The notes below the pieces were generated by a model, which saw nothing but the letters and a program-made list of their open reading frames with translations, was not told the origin of the DNA and ran no database searches. Source: a virus. From it: DNA of 64,000 nt. Shown here piece after piece: positions 18,594-27,285 of this stretch. Position 1 is the first letter of the stretch. Every line of letters starts with the position of its first letter. The position numbers were made by a program, and so were the translations under genes. The DNA lies in IMG/VR virus record IMGVR_UViG_3300047443_000090, positions 1 to 64,000 of that record, one strand, 5' to 3'.

Positions 18594-18633
18594 AAAAAAA
18601 GAGCCCCGGACGGTTGCTACCCGTTCGAGGCTC
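18594..18633 (-). terminator. Terminator after the 30-aa peptide gene
   Basis: GAGCCTCGAACGG...CCGTCCGGGGCTC followed by T7 on the minus strand. Confidence 0.7.
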
Positions 18634-18640
18634 CGAGTGA

Positions 18641-18733
18641 TTAGCAGATCATCATCAATAGGGCTAGAGCAACTGCCTTATCGACGTGAATGCTAAACTC
18701 AAACTGCTTTCCGAGCTTTATAGTCATTTTCAT
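18641..18733 (-). CDS. 30-aa hydrophobic peptide, candidate type I toxin
   Basis: MKMTIKLGKQFEFSIHVDKAVALALLMMIC with a strong GGAGGT RBS inside a hairpin. Confidence 0.65.
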   Translation of the reverse strand: MKMTIKLGKQFEFSIHVDKAVALALLMMIC

Positions 18734-18840
18734 CAATAGCTACCTCCTTTCGGGAGTGAGCTTACGAGACAAAAACGCCCCCGTTCTACTTCTCAGGGAA
18801 AAACGGGGGCGTTTCTCGGCTCGACACCCCCGCCCGCATT

Positions 18841-19092
18841 CTATCCTTCCTCATTGCATTTTTGCAATACTGTTGCGCTACTCGGCAGGTTTGCGAAAAA
18901 GGCTTCTGCGCGGGCGTTGCTGGGCGCGGCGAGCGCTTCGGAATTGAGTTCGGCCACTTTCATCCAAAACAATTCGTGCTTTGCGGCGCTCAACTCATCG
19001 CGCAGGCGGGCGTTGTCCTTTGCCTCGCTTGCGGCCAGCTTCGCCAGCTCCAGCGGCGTGCGGCTCGCCAAGAGGTGATCGACTAGACTCAT
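18841..19092 (-). CDS. Hypothetical protein
   Basis: MSLVDHLL..., ATGA overlap. Confidence 0.6.
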   Translation of the reverse strand: MSLVDHLLASRTPLELAKLAASEAKDNARLRDELSAAKHELFWMKVAELNSEALAAPSNARAEAFFANLPSSATVLQKCNEEG

Positions 19093-19397
19093 TTCGCGTC
19101 GGCCAGTGCGGCGTCGATATCGGCGCACAGGCTTACGGCTGGTGCTACGTCCTTCCACATTCCCAGCGTGGCGCGCGCTTCACGCAGCAACCCCAATATT
19201 CGCGCCGCATCCTTGGCTTCGCCCTGCTGCGCCGCAACCAATTCAGCGGCTGCATGGCGCGCGTCGCGGTGGCCTACTCTGTATGCGATTTTGTTGGTGC
19301 CTTCCGTGTATGGCGGGTCGCACGGCAGGTTCATGATTGCGATGTGCAGCGCGTTGGCCTGCTCTGTCTGTTCGTGGCTATTGGTGGTCATGTTCAT
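19089..19397 (-). CDS. Hypothetical protein
   Basis: AYRVGHRDARHAAAEL phage motif. Confidence 0.7.
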   Translation of the reverse strand: MNMTTNSHEQTEQANALHIAIMNLPCDPPYTEGTNKIAYRVGHRDARHAAAELVAAQQGEAKDAARILGLLREARATLGMWKDVAPAVSLCADIDAALADAK

Positions 19398-19482
19398 CCT
19401 GTGGTCATGGTGCGGCTCGAAGTGCGCCGCCTCACTGGCAAAGCCCGCTCATGGCGGGCTGTGGCGCTTCAGTAGGGCGAAT

Positions 19483-19824
19483 TCAGCATGAAAGGTCGAG
19501 GCGCAACCGGATGCGCTCGATCATAGGTGAAACTTGTTCCCATTTCAGCGTGCCGGGATCGCTGCCGAGGCCAATGCACAAGTACACGCCAGCGATGATA
19601 ATCCCAACTGGGTAGTACGGGTCATAGCGGGGATAGCCCGGCTCGTGAATTCGATTGGTGACATCATTGAAGGCGCACTCCGACTCAAGCTCATCGAGCG
19701 TATCGGATACGGTGGCGCCATCGCTCACATGAAAGTGCAATAGGAATATTTCTTGTTCGGCGGGCGTGAGCGCTGCTTCGGCAGCTTTAAAAACGTCCTT
19801 TTCCATCTTGGCATCTTTGTTCAT
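19483..19824 (-). CDS. Hypothetical protein
   Basis: 113 aa, lower GC, in operon. Confidence 0.65.
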   Translation of the reverse strand: MNKDAKMEKDVFKAAEAALTPAEQEIFLLHFHVSDGATVSDTLDELESECAFNDVTNRIHEPGYPRYDPYYPVGIIIAGVYLCIGLGSDPGTLKWEQVSPMIERIRLRLDLSC

Positions 19825-19829
19825 CCCGA

Positions 19830-20132
19830 TCAGCCCTTTTGGATTTTATGGAAAAGGAGCTTTTGGAACTCGGTTCGCAGCTCGTCGGCCCCAGCTTGTC
19901 GCCCGGCGTTGTAGACGACTTCAACAATATTCGCCAGCGTCAACTCGCGGCTGTCGAAGCAGCCTACAATCGGGTGCCGGATTCCTGCCGGGAAAGCGTT
20001 ATCGTTCATGCCCACAAAGCCCAGCGGCCCCAATGCAGCGAGGGCGTCGGCTTTGGCGCGATGGCTTTGCTGCCATTCTTCGGGTGCAATATAGTCGAGG
20101 TGGTCAGCGGGTAATGGGGACTGCTGTGTCAT
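19830..20132 (-). CDS. Hypothetical protein
   Basis: 100 aa, AGGA RBS. Confidence 0.65.
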   Translation of the reverse strand: MTQQSPLPADHLDYIAPEEWQQSHRAKADALAALGPLGFVGMNDNAFPAGIRHPIVGCFDSRELTLANIVEVVYNAGRQAGADELRTEFQKLLFHKIQKG

Positions 20133-20216
20133 TGGGAATCCTATTAGTGGTAGTTGGAACTGGAAAGGCCCGCTTGTGGCGGTATTAATTACCCGGAATT
20201 CCGGGGATTTAATTGG

Positions 20217-20459
20217 TCAGGCTGGCGTCACCTTGACGCGCTTCGTGTACGGGGCGCGCGTCGCCATGATCTTCTCTGGCGTCATGCCCAGCCCATCAGC
20301 GATGCGGTGGATTTCCGCGATGGCCTCGGCGCGGCTGTCGCGCTGGCTGGTAGTGATCTTGTCGGCCACGGCGGCTTGCAGCGCCTTCAGCTCGGTGAGT
20401 ACAAGGCTGTCCATCAGGGTAGTGATTTCAGCCAGTGCCAGTTGGGAGTAGGTCGTCAT
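20217..20459 (-). CDS. Truncated H-NS-like protein (oligomerisation domain only)
   Basis: ELKALQAAVADKI...RAEAIAEIHRIADGLGMTPEKI matches the H-NS N-domain; no TWSGRGR DNA-binding motif. Confidence 0.6.
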   Translation of the reverse strand: MTTYSQLALAEITTLMDSLVLTELKALQAAVADKITTSQRDSRAEAIAEIHRIADGLGMTPEKIMATRAPYTKRVKVTPA

Positions 20460-20523
20460 TTCATTGTCTTTCAAGTGATGCGCCAGCCGGGTTGCTGGCG
20501 CGGGTTGTTAGGATTCCAGTGAA

Positions 20524-21102
20524 CTAATAAGGTATGTCGTAGTGGAGCAGATCAAGCTGTGCGAGCCTGATGCGCTCGCGCTCGGCATCGGTAAGGGGAG
20601 GCGTCGGGCGCAGAGCTTCCATCTTCGCGCCAATGGCCTCGGCCTCGGCTTCCAGCTCCGCGATGGCGGCGCGCGACTGGGCGGCCCAGCAGGACGGATG
20701 CTGGCCCGGCCCGGCGTCGCCGTACAGGGCGCACTCGGAGCGGTATTGCGTCATCGCCTCGGCGTCGCTTTCGCGGATCGAGTCGATGTGCTCCCCGATT
20801 TCCGCATGGCGCGCGGCCAGCGTGTCGTAGTCGTCCGACAGTGCCGGTGCGGCGGCGACTGGCTCGGCTTCAGGCTCGCAATGGCGCTCGAAACCAACCA
20901 CGGTGCCGAAGTCCGAAACGGTGCGGACGTGCTTCACGGCGCGCATCGTCGGCAGCGTGGCGGCCTCGCAATACGCCTCGCGGATAGCGGCGTCGATAGA
21001 GTGCCCGGCCATTTCTTCAAAGCGGGCCGCCGCCTTGTCGAGCGTCTTGTAATTGCGCTTGGTGCTGCCGTCAGTGTCGCGGGTGATTACGGTGTAGTTC
21101 AT
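20524..21102 (-). CDS. Hypothetical protein
   Basis: 192 aa, first gene after a cassette promoter. Confidence 0.7.
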   Translation of the reverse strand: MNYTVITRDTDGSTKRNYKTLDKAAARFEEMAGHSIDAAIREAYCEAATLPTMRAVKHVRTVSDFGTVVGFERHCEPEAEPVAAAPALSDDYDTLAARHAEIGEHIDSIRESDAEAMTQYRSECALYGDAGPGQHPSCWAAQSRAAIAELEAEAEAIGAKMEALRPTPPLTDAERERIRLAQLDLLHYDIPY

Positions 21103-21153
21103 CGTCGTGCCCTATGTGTGCCAGCCGCGCCCTGTGCGCTGCCCATAACCGAT

Positions 21154-21182
21154 ACTGTATGCGCTCACGTTTATGGCGTCAA
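21154..21182 (-). promoter_or_regulatory. Cassette promoter copy 1
   Basis: TTGACG-N17-TACAGT containing GTGAGCGCATACA. Confidence 0.85.
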
Positions 21183-21215
21183 GCGGTATTTGCATGGGCA
21201 CACGAAAAGCCGTGG

Positions 21216-21617
21216 TTACAGCCCGGCCAAGTCGTTGCGCGGGTAGATCAAAACCTTCTTGTCGATGTCGGCGCATTCGCTATCGAGGCAATGGCGGCTT
21301 ACCATCTTCATGCCCTTGGTAAGCCACTTCAGCGCGTCGGCGCGCGCTGGCGGTGATCTACGACAGCCGTACCTGCGGAAGTATTGCCTGTCCACGCGCG
21401 CGCGCCGAAAGCTGTAGCGGCGGCCCACTTCTTCCAGATCAATCAGGAGGTCGAGGTCATTGGGCGCTTGGCTCCCCTTGACCGTCGAGCCGAATACCCA
21501 AATGCGTTTGATGCGGACGGCCTCATGGCTGCACAAGGGCGTAGCCAGTAGGCCGTTGACCGATTGAACGCGCCGCGCGACCTCGTTGGCGTAGCGTAGG
21601 GCTGTCGCCAGCTTCAT
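21216..21617 (-). CDS. Minimal nucleotidyltransferase domain protein
   Basis: [10 protein letters not shown]...NDLDLLID (GS plus DxD). Confidence 0.8.
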   Translation of the reverse strand: MKLATALRYANEVARRVQSVNGLLATPLCSHEAVRIKRIWVFGSTVKGSQAPNDLDLLIDLEEVGRRYSFRRARVDRQYFRRYGCRRSPPARADALKWLTKGMKMVSRHCLDSECADIDKKVLIYPRNDLAGL

Positions 21618-22210
21618 TGCTTATGCGCCAGTGTGGCGGCGTTGTCCCGCACGCGCATGATGGTCTGCCGGGTGGTGCTCATGTGGCGCGCAACCTGCGC
21701 GATGGGCACTCCAGCGTCTACCAGTTCAAGCGCAGCGGCGCGCTGGCCCTCGTCCAGTGCTGGCGGTCGCCCGAAGCGCTTACCGGCCTTGCGTGCCCGC
21801 GTCAGGCCCGCGTTGGTGCGCTCGATCAGCAAGTCCCGCTCGAACTCCGCGACGGCTGCGATAACGCCCATCGTCATCTTGCCCGCTGGGCTGGTCAGGT
21901 CGATCCCGCCCAGTGCGAGGCAATGCACGCGCACGCCGAAGTGCTCCAGCTTCGTGACGGTGGTGCGCAAGTCCATCGCGTTGCGGCCCAGCCGGTCGAG
22001 CTTGGTCACAACGAGGATGTCGCCGGGCTCCAGCCGGTCGAGTAGCTTGGTGAAGCCAGGACGCTCGCTCGCGGCGACGGAGCCGCTGATGGTTTCCTGC
22101 ACCACGCGCGCGGGCTCCACGGCGAAGCCTGCCGCGACAATCTCGGCGGTCTGGTTGCTGGTGTGCTGGTCGCCGGTAGACACGCGGCAGTAGGCAAATA
22201 CTCGGCTCAT
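21614..22210 (-). CDS. Serine recombinase (resolvase/invertase family)
   Basis: [32 protein letters not shown] and a C-terminal HTH. Confidence 0.95.
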   Translation of the reverse strand: MSRVFAYCRVSTGDQHTSNQTAEIVAAGFAVEPARVVQETISGSVAASERPGFTKLLDRLEPGDILVVTKLDRLGRNAMDLRTTVTKLEHFGVRVHCLALGGIDLTSPAGKMTMGVIAAVAEFERDLLIERTNAGLTRARKAGKRFGRPPALDEGQRAAALELVDAGVPIAQVARHMSTTRQTIMRVRDNAATLAHKQ

Positions 22211-22419
22211 ATTCAACGCTCCGTGATAGGGGCTGCGATGCAGCCGGAATGACTGGCCCACTGAAAGACCTCAAGCCCTTGGCGCTTCCATGAGCGTATT
22301 TGTAGGCGGCGCTGCTTGGCGTTACCGGAGGCTTTAGACGTGGTTATCGAGCCGCTTTTTGACCGGAGGTTGAACGTGCCGCACATAAAAGTTGATAGGT
22401 TCATATTTTGTCAGGCTTT

Positions 22420-23097
22420 CTATTTGAGGGTCGGGCCGCCTTTGGCCGCTACGTGGGCAGCGACAAGATTGCGCCAATACTCGGCGTCCTTCCGCGCGGC
22501 GTCGCGCTCGTGCTGCTGGCGCGTGAACAGGGCTGCGGCATCGGTCAGCGTGACGTACACGGTGTTGGTGTCGTCGCGGTGCTTGCCCGCCATCCGGTTT
22601 GCGATGGTGTAGTAGGTGTGTTGCTCCAGTTCGGACAGGTCGGCCCCGAACGGCTCCCGCCAGTGTGAGGTAAGGAACAGGTCGTGACGGCCATCGGGAA
22701 TGAGGCACGCCGCAGTTTCGTACTGAATCGAGTTGATCCGATTGCCCTGCACAGTGATTTGCACAGGAAGGTAGCGGACAAGAGCGGGAGGCTGCGCAAC
22801 AGGGCTATCCGGCGTCGAGCAGTCAGCCGAAGCGCATGGCCCGGTAACGGTTTGCTCGCATGTTTCGCAGTAGGTAGCGCCGCTATGCGAGGCGGCGAGC
22901 TTGCGGATCGTCAGTACAGCGGCATCAGTCGCCGTGCCGTCTGCATCCATCCAGTCCGGCGCGACATCATTCAGCGCCGCGCAGACAGCGTGCCATGCGT
23001 CGGCTTGGCTGGCGAGGGCTGGCGAGAACGCTTCATCCTTCGGCAGAAATTGCAGCCCCGGCTGGGGTTCGGTAGCGGGCGGTTGGGTCTTGTTCAT
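22420..23097 (-). CDS. Hypothetical protein
   Basis: MNKTQPPA..., AAGGA RBS. Confidence 0.65.
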   Translation of the reverse strand: MNKTQPPATEPQPGLQFLPKDEAFSPALASQADAWHAVCAALNDVAPDWMDADGTATDAAVLTIRKLAASHSGATYCETCEQTVTGPCASADCSTPDSPVAQPPALVRYLPVQITVQGNRINSIQYETAACLIPDGRHDLFLTSHWREPFGADLSELEQHTYYTIANRMAGKHRDDTNTVYVTLTDAAALFTRQQHERDAARKDAEYWRNLVAAHVAAKGGPTLK

Positions 23098-23129
23098 GGG
23101 GTTCCTTTGGGTGGTAGTGGTGGTGGCGA

Positions 23130-23477
23130 TTACTCGCGCTCTGCGATAGATTGCGCTGTGATCTGCCACCAAGACCATGCCAGATGCGCCTGCATCAGTT
23201 TGTAGTTGCCGGACTGGTCGCGCTCGATGGCTTTCGGGCTTGCGCCGTTGTCGGAGTATTTCGCCTCAAAGAATGGTCGTTCGGCCTCGGCGTCGAAATC
23301 GCGCGCGGCGCGGGCGGCGCGCAGCTCGCGCCCCTGCTTTTCGGCGGCGGCCATCTGCGCGGCGGCGAGCGCAGCCGCATATCCATTGGGGGCTTCGGTG
23401 TTGAGCGTCGCGGCTAAGGCGATCAGCTTGTCCAGCTCCGACGCTTCGATGGCGGGCGGTTGGGTCTTGTTGGTCAT
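23130..23477 (-). CDS. Hypothetical protein
   Basis: MTNKTQPPA...; ERPFFEA...AWSWWQ phage motif. Confidence 0.65.
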   Translation of the reverse strand: MTNKTQPPAIEASELDKLIALAATLNTEAPNGYAAALAAAQMAAAEKQGRELRAARAARDFDAEAERPFFEAKYSDNGASPKAIERDQSGNYKLMQAHLAWSWWQITAQSIAERE

Positions 23478-23486
23478 GGCGTTCCT

Positions 23487-23987
23487 TCAGGCGGTGGCGG
23501 TGGCTTCAACGGGCATGAATATTTCATGCACGCGCGGCGATTCCAGAAAAGTCGATTTGACGACGGCGCGCAGTCCCTTGCCCATCGTCCCGAATAGGCC
23601 GTAGGATTTCCAGTTGCACGCCTTGCCGTCGCGGACGGTGCCCGTATCGCACTCGTAGGGGTCGGTAGAGTGGCCTTCGCAGGATGGGCAAACGTACTTG
23701 CCGGAAGGGAAGGCAGACTTGAACGCATTGGGCGACTCGAACACGCGCACGTCGCCCAGCTTCGGGAAGTTGGCCTCTTGGTAGAAGTTGATGGCGCTGT
23801 AGTCGCGGCGGCTCTCGATGGCGGCCAGCACGGCATCCGGGGTCATATCCAGCGCGGCAGCGTATTCAGGCAGCACCCGGTCGAGCAGGGCTTGCACCCG
23901 GTTGACGCGCTGCTGGCCTTCCTTGCCCGGCCAGCTATCGGCGCATTCCTTGGCGATCTTGTTGATGATTTCTACGGTAGTTGGCAT
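23487..23987 (-). CDS. Hypothetical protein with Cys cluster
   Basis: CPSC..STDPYEC...CNWKSYGLFGT. Confidence 0.75.
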   Translation of the reverse strand: MPTTVEIINKIAKECADSWPGKEGQQRVNRVQALLDRVLPEYAAALDMTPDAVLAAIESRRDYSAINFYQEANFPKLGDVRVFESPNAFKSAFPSGKYVCPSCEGHSTDPYECDTGTVRDGKACNWKSYGLFGTMGKGLRAVVKSTFLESPRVHEIFMPVEATATA

Positions 23988-23993
23988 GTTGAT

Positions 23994-24077
23994 GTGTCCG
24001 AAATGGGTGTGCGAATAATACATGTATGTACGAAATTAATAAAGCCTAGTTTCGTACCTCTTTTACTGTGGTGTACG
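23994..24077 (-). other. Candidate resolvase (res-like) binding region B at the head of the resolvase operon
   Basis: GTGTCCGAAA, GTGTGCGAA, GTACGAAA...TTTCGTAC inverted repeat, GTGTACG. Confidence 0.55.
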
Positions 24078-24094
24078 GCGGTGGTCGATTCCGG

Positions 24095-24286
24095 TCAGTC
24101 GGCAGCGGCGGGGACGTTGTGTGCGGGTATGAATTCCATGCCGTTGAACTGCCTCAACTTGATGACCTTCCCGCATTGGTCGCATATGGTGTGGCCGTCC
24201 TTCTCGCTGACGCTGTAGAAATCGCGTCCGACGATGCGATAGCCGCTTGCCTCGCACCTGTTTGGGTTCCTGCGTTTGGCTTTCAT
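24095..24286 (-). CDS. Small Zn-ribbon protein
   Basis: C...CDQCGK...H. Confidence 0.55.
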   Translation of the reverse strand: MKAKRRNPNRCEASGYRIVGRDFYSVSEKDGHTICDQCGKVIKLRQFNGMEFIPAHNVPAAAD

Positions 24287-24299
24287 GGTTCGATCCCGA

Positions 24300-24635
24300 T
24301 CAGAGAGGTTCGCCCGCTTCGTTGAAGTAGGGGCCGTCCGGGCCGCGCTCCATCGACTCGGTATCGGCCCGCGTCCAGCGCCCGCTGTCGAAATCCTCGC
24401 GGTCGGATTGCTCGCTGTCCCACTTGATCGGCTGGCCGTTGTAGAACCATTCCGCGCCGAGGTCGGAGGCGTCGCAATGGGATTCCTTGCCGTCCGCGTC
24501 CTTCATATGCACGCAGCCGGTGAACTCCGGATCAGGAAACTCCAGCTCGGTGACGGTGAGGGTGACGCCGTTCAAGGTAACTTCATCGCCTGCGGTAATG
24601 CCGGTGCCGTCGTCGGTGCGGATCAGGTTAATCAT
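24300..24635 (-). CDS. Acidic hypothetical protein
   Basis: MINLIRT..., GGAG RBS. Confidence 0.6.
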   Translation of the reverse strand: MINLIRTDDGTGITAGDEVTLNGVTLTVTELEFPDPEFTGCVHMKDADGKESHCDASDLGAEWFYNGQPIKWDSEQSDREDFDSGRWTRADTESMERGPDGPYFNEAGEPL

Positions 24636-24664
24636 GTGGTTCTCCGGGTAGTTGGTGGTTGAGG

Positions 24665-25033
24665 TTATTCGTCTGCGAGGCGGGCTTTGAAGTACACCGG
24701 GCCTTCGGAGCTGGTGAACATGCAATCCCTGTCCATATCGCGGCGCGCTTGCTTGATCGCGTCGGCCTTGCCGGTAGCGCTTACTTCGTGGTCGAAGCCG
24801 TCTTTCTCGTCCCATGCCGGGTACTTCTTCCGCACATGGACGATGTACTTGCGCAGCTCCGGGGCGGCCTTGCTCGGCGCGACTGGCGCGGGCGCGGCGG
24901 GCGGCTGGCGCAGGCCAAGTGCCACTTCTACGGCCTCAAGCGTGCCTTCGACAGCCGGGGCACCGTAGCCGTTGACGAAAGCGTAGTAGACGATTTGCCC
25001 CTCGCGCATCAGTTGACCAATTCGAGCATCCAT
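24665..25033 (-). CDS. Hypothetical protein
   Basis: 122 aa, GGAGG RBS, first gene after a cassette promoter. Confidence 0.7.
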   Translation of the reverse strand: MDARIGQLMREGQIVYYAFVNGYGAPAVEGTLEAVEVALGLRQPPAAPAPVAPSKAAPELRKYIVHVRKKYPAWDEKDGFDHEVSATGKADAIKQARRDMDRDCMFTSSEGPVYFKARLADE

Positions 25034-25080
25034 CGTGTTTCCTCCGTACCGCCGCGCCCAGTGCGCCGCCCATAACCGCT

Positions 25081-25154
25081 ACTGTATGCGCTCACGAAAT
25101 AAGAGTCAAGCGGTTTATGCAGCAGGCAATAAAAAAGCCCGGCGAACCGGGCTT
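25081..25154 (-). promoter_or_regulatory. Cassette promoter copy 2 with upstream terminator
   Basis: AAGCCCGG-TTCG-CCGGGCTT plus T-run, then TTGACT-N17-TACAGT. Confidence 0.85.
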
Positions 25155-25174
25155 GCTGCGATGGGGAGGGGCGT

Positions 25175-25426
25175 TCAGCGGATCACGAATACCGGCACGC
25201 CGCCGCGCGCACCAATCTTGCACAGGCCGTAGCCCCGGTCGAAGTCGGCCTTCGCGACCTTGCTCGGCGCGACAGCTTCGGTGAGCTGGAGATAGCCCGG
25301 CTCGCAATTGTTGTTTGTCGCAGGGATGGCGACAAGCGTGTGGTGGTCGATGCCGTCAGCGACCGCCTGCTGAAGCAAGCCGATAAGCGCGCTGATGCTC
25401 AAGTGGGTGGGGCGGGCGGCCTTCAT
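25175..25426 (-). CDS. Hypothetical protein
   Basis: MKAARPTH..., ATGA overlap. Confidence 0.6.
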   Translation of the reverse strand: MKAARPTHLSISALIGLLQQAVADGIDHHTLVAIPATNNNCEPGYLQLTEAVAPSKVAKADFDRGYGLCKIGARGGVPVFVIR

Positions 25427-25740
25427 GCCGCCTCCTGCGGCACGGCAGGGAGTTGGCGCAGCAGGGCGCTCCATGCGCTGTGCTCGCCAAAAAGCGGCTT
25501 GCGTTCATCGTCGGTCGATGCCTTCTCAAGCGCCGCGTCCAGCGCGTGCTTGCGGCCCAGTGCGAAGCCGTGCAGGAAGATTGCATCATCGCGCGGTACT
25601 TCGATATTGACGGCCCCGGCCTTGTCTGCGCGCCCGGCTGCTGTCTCGGCTTCGACCTTGGCATGGGTGCCGCCATCGTGGAGGTAGGTGGCAAGCAGGG
25701 ATGCCATTTTCTTGCTGATCTTCAGGGCGGTGGTGCTCAT
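25423..25740 (-). CDS. Hypothetical protein
   Basis: 105 aa, coupled. Confidence 0.65.
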   Translation of the reverse strand: MSTTALKISKKMASLLATYLHDGGTHAKVEAETAAGRADKAGAVNIEVPRDDAIFLHGFALGRKHALDAALEKASTDDERKPLFGEHSAWSALLRQLPAVPQEAA

Positions 25741-26147
25741 GGTGTTTCCTTGGTGGTGGTGGATGGCTCGGCGGCGGCCAGCGCCGCCTTGATGGCGTCC
25801 CGCTCCGCGATCAGCCCCTTGTAAACCGGGCTGTCCTCGTAAATCTTTAGGCCGGGGCCGGATAGTACAGCCATCTTAGCGTGCAGCGGCAGCAAGTCTT
25901 TCTCAATGGCGCTCAGGGCGCGCTTGGCGGCCCGTACAAGCCCCGCCTGTGCGTTGCAGGCCGCAATGATCGCGTCGGCTGCGGCGATGCCCTTGGCGCA
26001 GTTCTGGCTGGCTCGCGCCTCGTCAACGGTGGTGTTCAGATTGATCCCGAATACGGCGACAAGCGAATTGCCCTCGGCGTCGGTGATGAAATTTGCGTTG
26101 TAGCCGTTCGCCATGCCGAGTTGCAGGGGGAGTTTCAAAGCGGTCAT
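25737..26147 (-). CDS. Hypothetical protein
   Basis: 136 aa; AIIAACNA phage motif. Confidence 0.65.
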   Translation of the reverse strand: MTALKLPLQLGMANGYNANFITDAEGNSLVAVFGINLNTTVDEARASQNCAKGIAAADAIIAACNAQAGLVRAAKRALSAIEKDLLPLHAKMAVLSGPGLKIYEDSPVYKGLIAERDAIKAALAAAEPSTTTKETP

Positions 26148-26158
26148 AGTGTCTAAGG

Positions 26159-26296
26159 TTAGTTGGTGTAGGTGCCAGCGATCAGGCGGGCGGCGTAATG
26201 GTAAATGTGCTGGTCAATGACAGGTTGGCCGTACTGGGCGGCGAGGGCGGGGCGGCGCTCGCAGCACTTCTGCAACAGGATGGCGGTGATGCTCAT
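26159..26296 (-). CDS. Small hypothetical protein (45 aa)
   Basis: Manual translation MSITAILLQKCCERRP...; AAGGA RBS. Confidence 0.5.
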   Translation of the reverse strand: MSITAILLQKCCERRPALAAQYGQPVIDQHIYHYAARLIAGTYTN

Positions 26297-26325
26297 GTGA
26301 CTGTTCCTTTCGTGAGGTTGAAGTC

Positions 26326-27138
26326 TTACCACTTATACCCAAGGCGCTCGAAGAAGTCGCGCACTTCCTTGTGCGTGTCGAATTCGGAGGTGCAGCACAG
26401 GGAGCGTATCGCGAGGTCGGCCAGTTCCTCGGTTACTTCCGGCGTGCGCGGCTCGGCCAGCTCGGCGCGGCGGCCAGTCTCCATGAAGGTGTCAACCGCG
26501 TTGACCTCGGCACCGGCAATGGCATCCGTCAGGCGGATATCGTCGTCGTGCTCGGCGGCGGTGCGGTACATCGCCAGTTCCTGCACCTTCGTGCGCGGCT
26601 TCGGGTTGAGCACTTCCTTAGTGATTTCGTCCATGCGCGCGGCGATCATTATGCGGTCAATGTGCTGGTCGATCAGCGCGGCCTCCGCGCGCTGCGCCGA
26701 ATAGACATTGGTGCGCTTGGCGGCGGCGGCTTCAATCGCGATGCCGACGCACAGCAAGCCCTTGAGCATCATTTGCTCGCCCGGCAGGCCGCGCCACTGG
26801 TCGATGATGGCCTGCGTGCGTTCGGTGACGGTCAGCAAAGGGCCGGTGGTGGCAGCGGTGGAAAACTTCATATTTGGGGTGGCGGTGGAGAGCTTCATAT
26901 TAGATTCCATAGTGGGTATGCGGCGTACTGGCTCGGCCATGCGCTCGCGGTGGGCCTCGATGTCGGCCATGCTGATGTCGCTCTTGTCGGACAGCTTGTA
27001 CGCGCCGGTCGCCAGCATTTCGGACAGCCATTCCTTCGCCTCGAATTCCTCGCCGTTGACGCTGAATTCCTTGGCGCGCTCCGCGCCGATGTAGCCCTTG
27101 TAGCCGTACAGGGTGTGAATGACCTTGATCGTTTTCAT
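26326..27138 (-). CDS. Hypothetical protein, possibly two fused modules
   Basis: 270 aa with internal duplication MKLSTATPN/MKFSTAATT. Confidence 0.65.
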   Translation of the reverse strand: MKTIKVIHTLYGYKGYIGAERAKEFSVNGEEFEAKEWLSEMLATGAYKLSDKSDISMADIEAHRERMAEPVRRIPTMESNMKLSTATPNMKFSTAATTGPLLTVTERTQAIIDQWRGLPGEQMMLKGLLCVGIAIEAAAAKRTNVYSAQRAEAALIDQHIDRIMIAARMDEITKEVLNPKPRTKVQELAMYRTAAEHDDDIRLTDAIAGAEVNAVDTFMETGRRAELAEPRTPEVTEELADLAIRSLCCTSEFDTHKEVRDFFERLGYKW

Positions 27139-27187
27139 GTGGTGCCTTATGTGTGCTGGCCGCGCCCACGCGCCGCCCTTGTTCGAT

Positions 27188-27216
27188 ACTGTATGCGCTC
27201 ACGTTTACGGCGTCAA
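27188..27216 (-). promoter_or_regulatory. Cassette promoter copy 3
   Basis: TTGACG-N17-TACAGT with the conserved core. Confidence 0.85.
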
Positions 27217-27238
27217 GAGTTATTTGCGTGGGCCGCTA

Positions 27239-27279
27239 GGAAAACTGCGCGCGCTCCCGCGCAGGCCCGGCTTTACAGT
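27239..27279 (+). promoter_or_regulatory. Candidate late promoter
   Basis: GGAAAA-N29-TACAGT. Confidence 0.6.
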
Positions 27280-27285
27280 TCTACC

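Noticed and set aside
21150-21170. Cassette-promoter core as a LexA SOS box
   Set aside because: TACTGTATG resembles one LexA half-site, but none of the seven copies has the full CTG-N10-CAG; not formally excluded
24283-24300. tRNA T-arm-like GGTTCGATCCC
   Set aside because: Lies at a gene junction with no acceptor, D or anticodon stems
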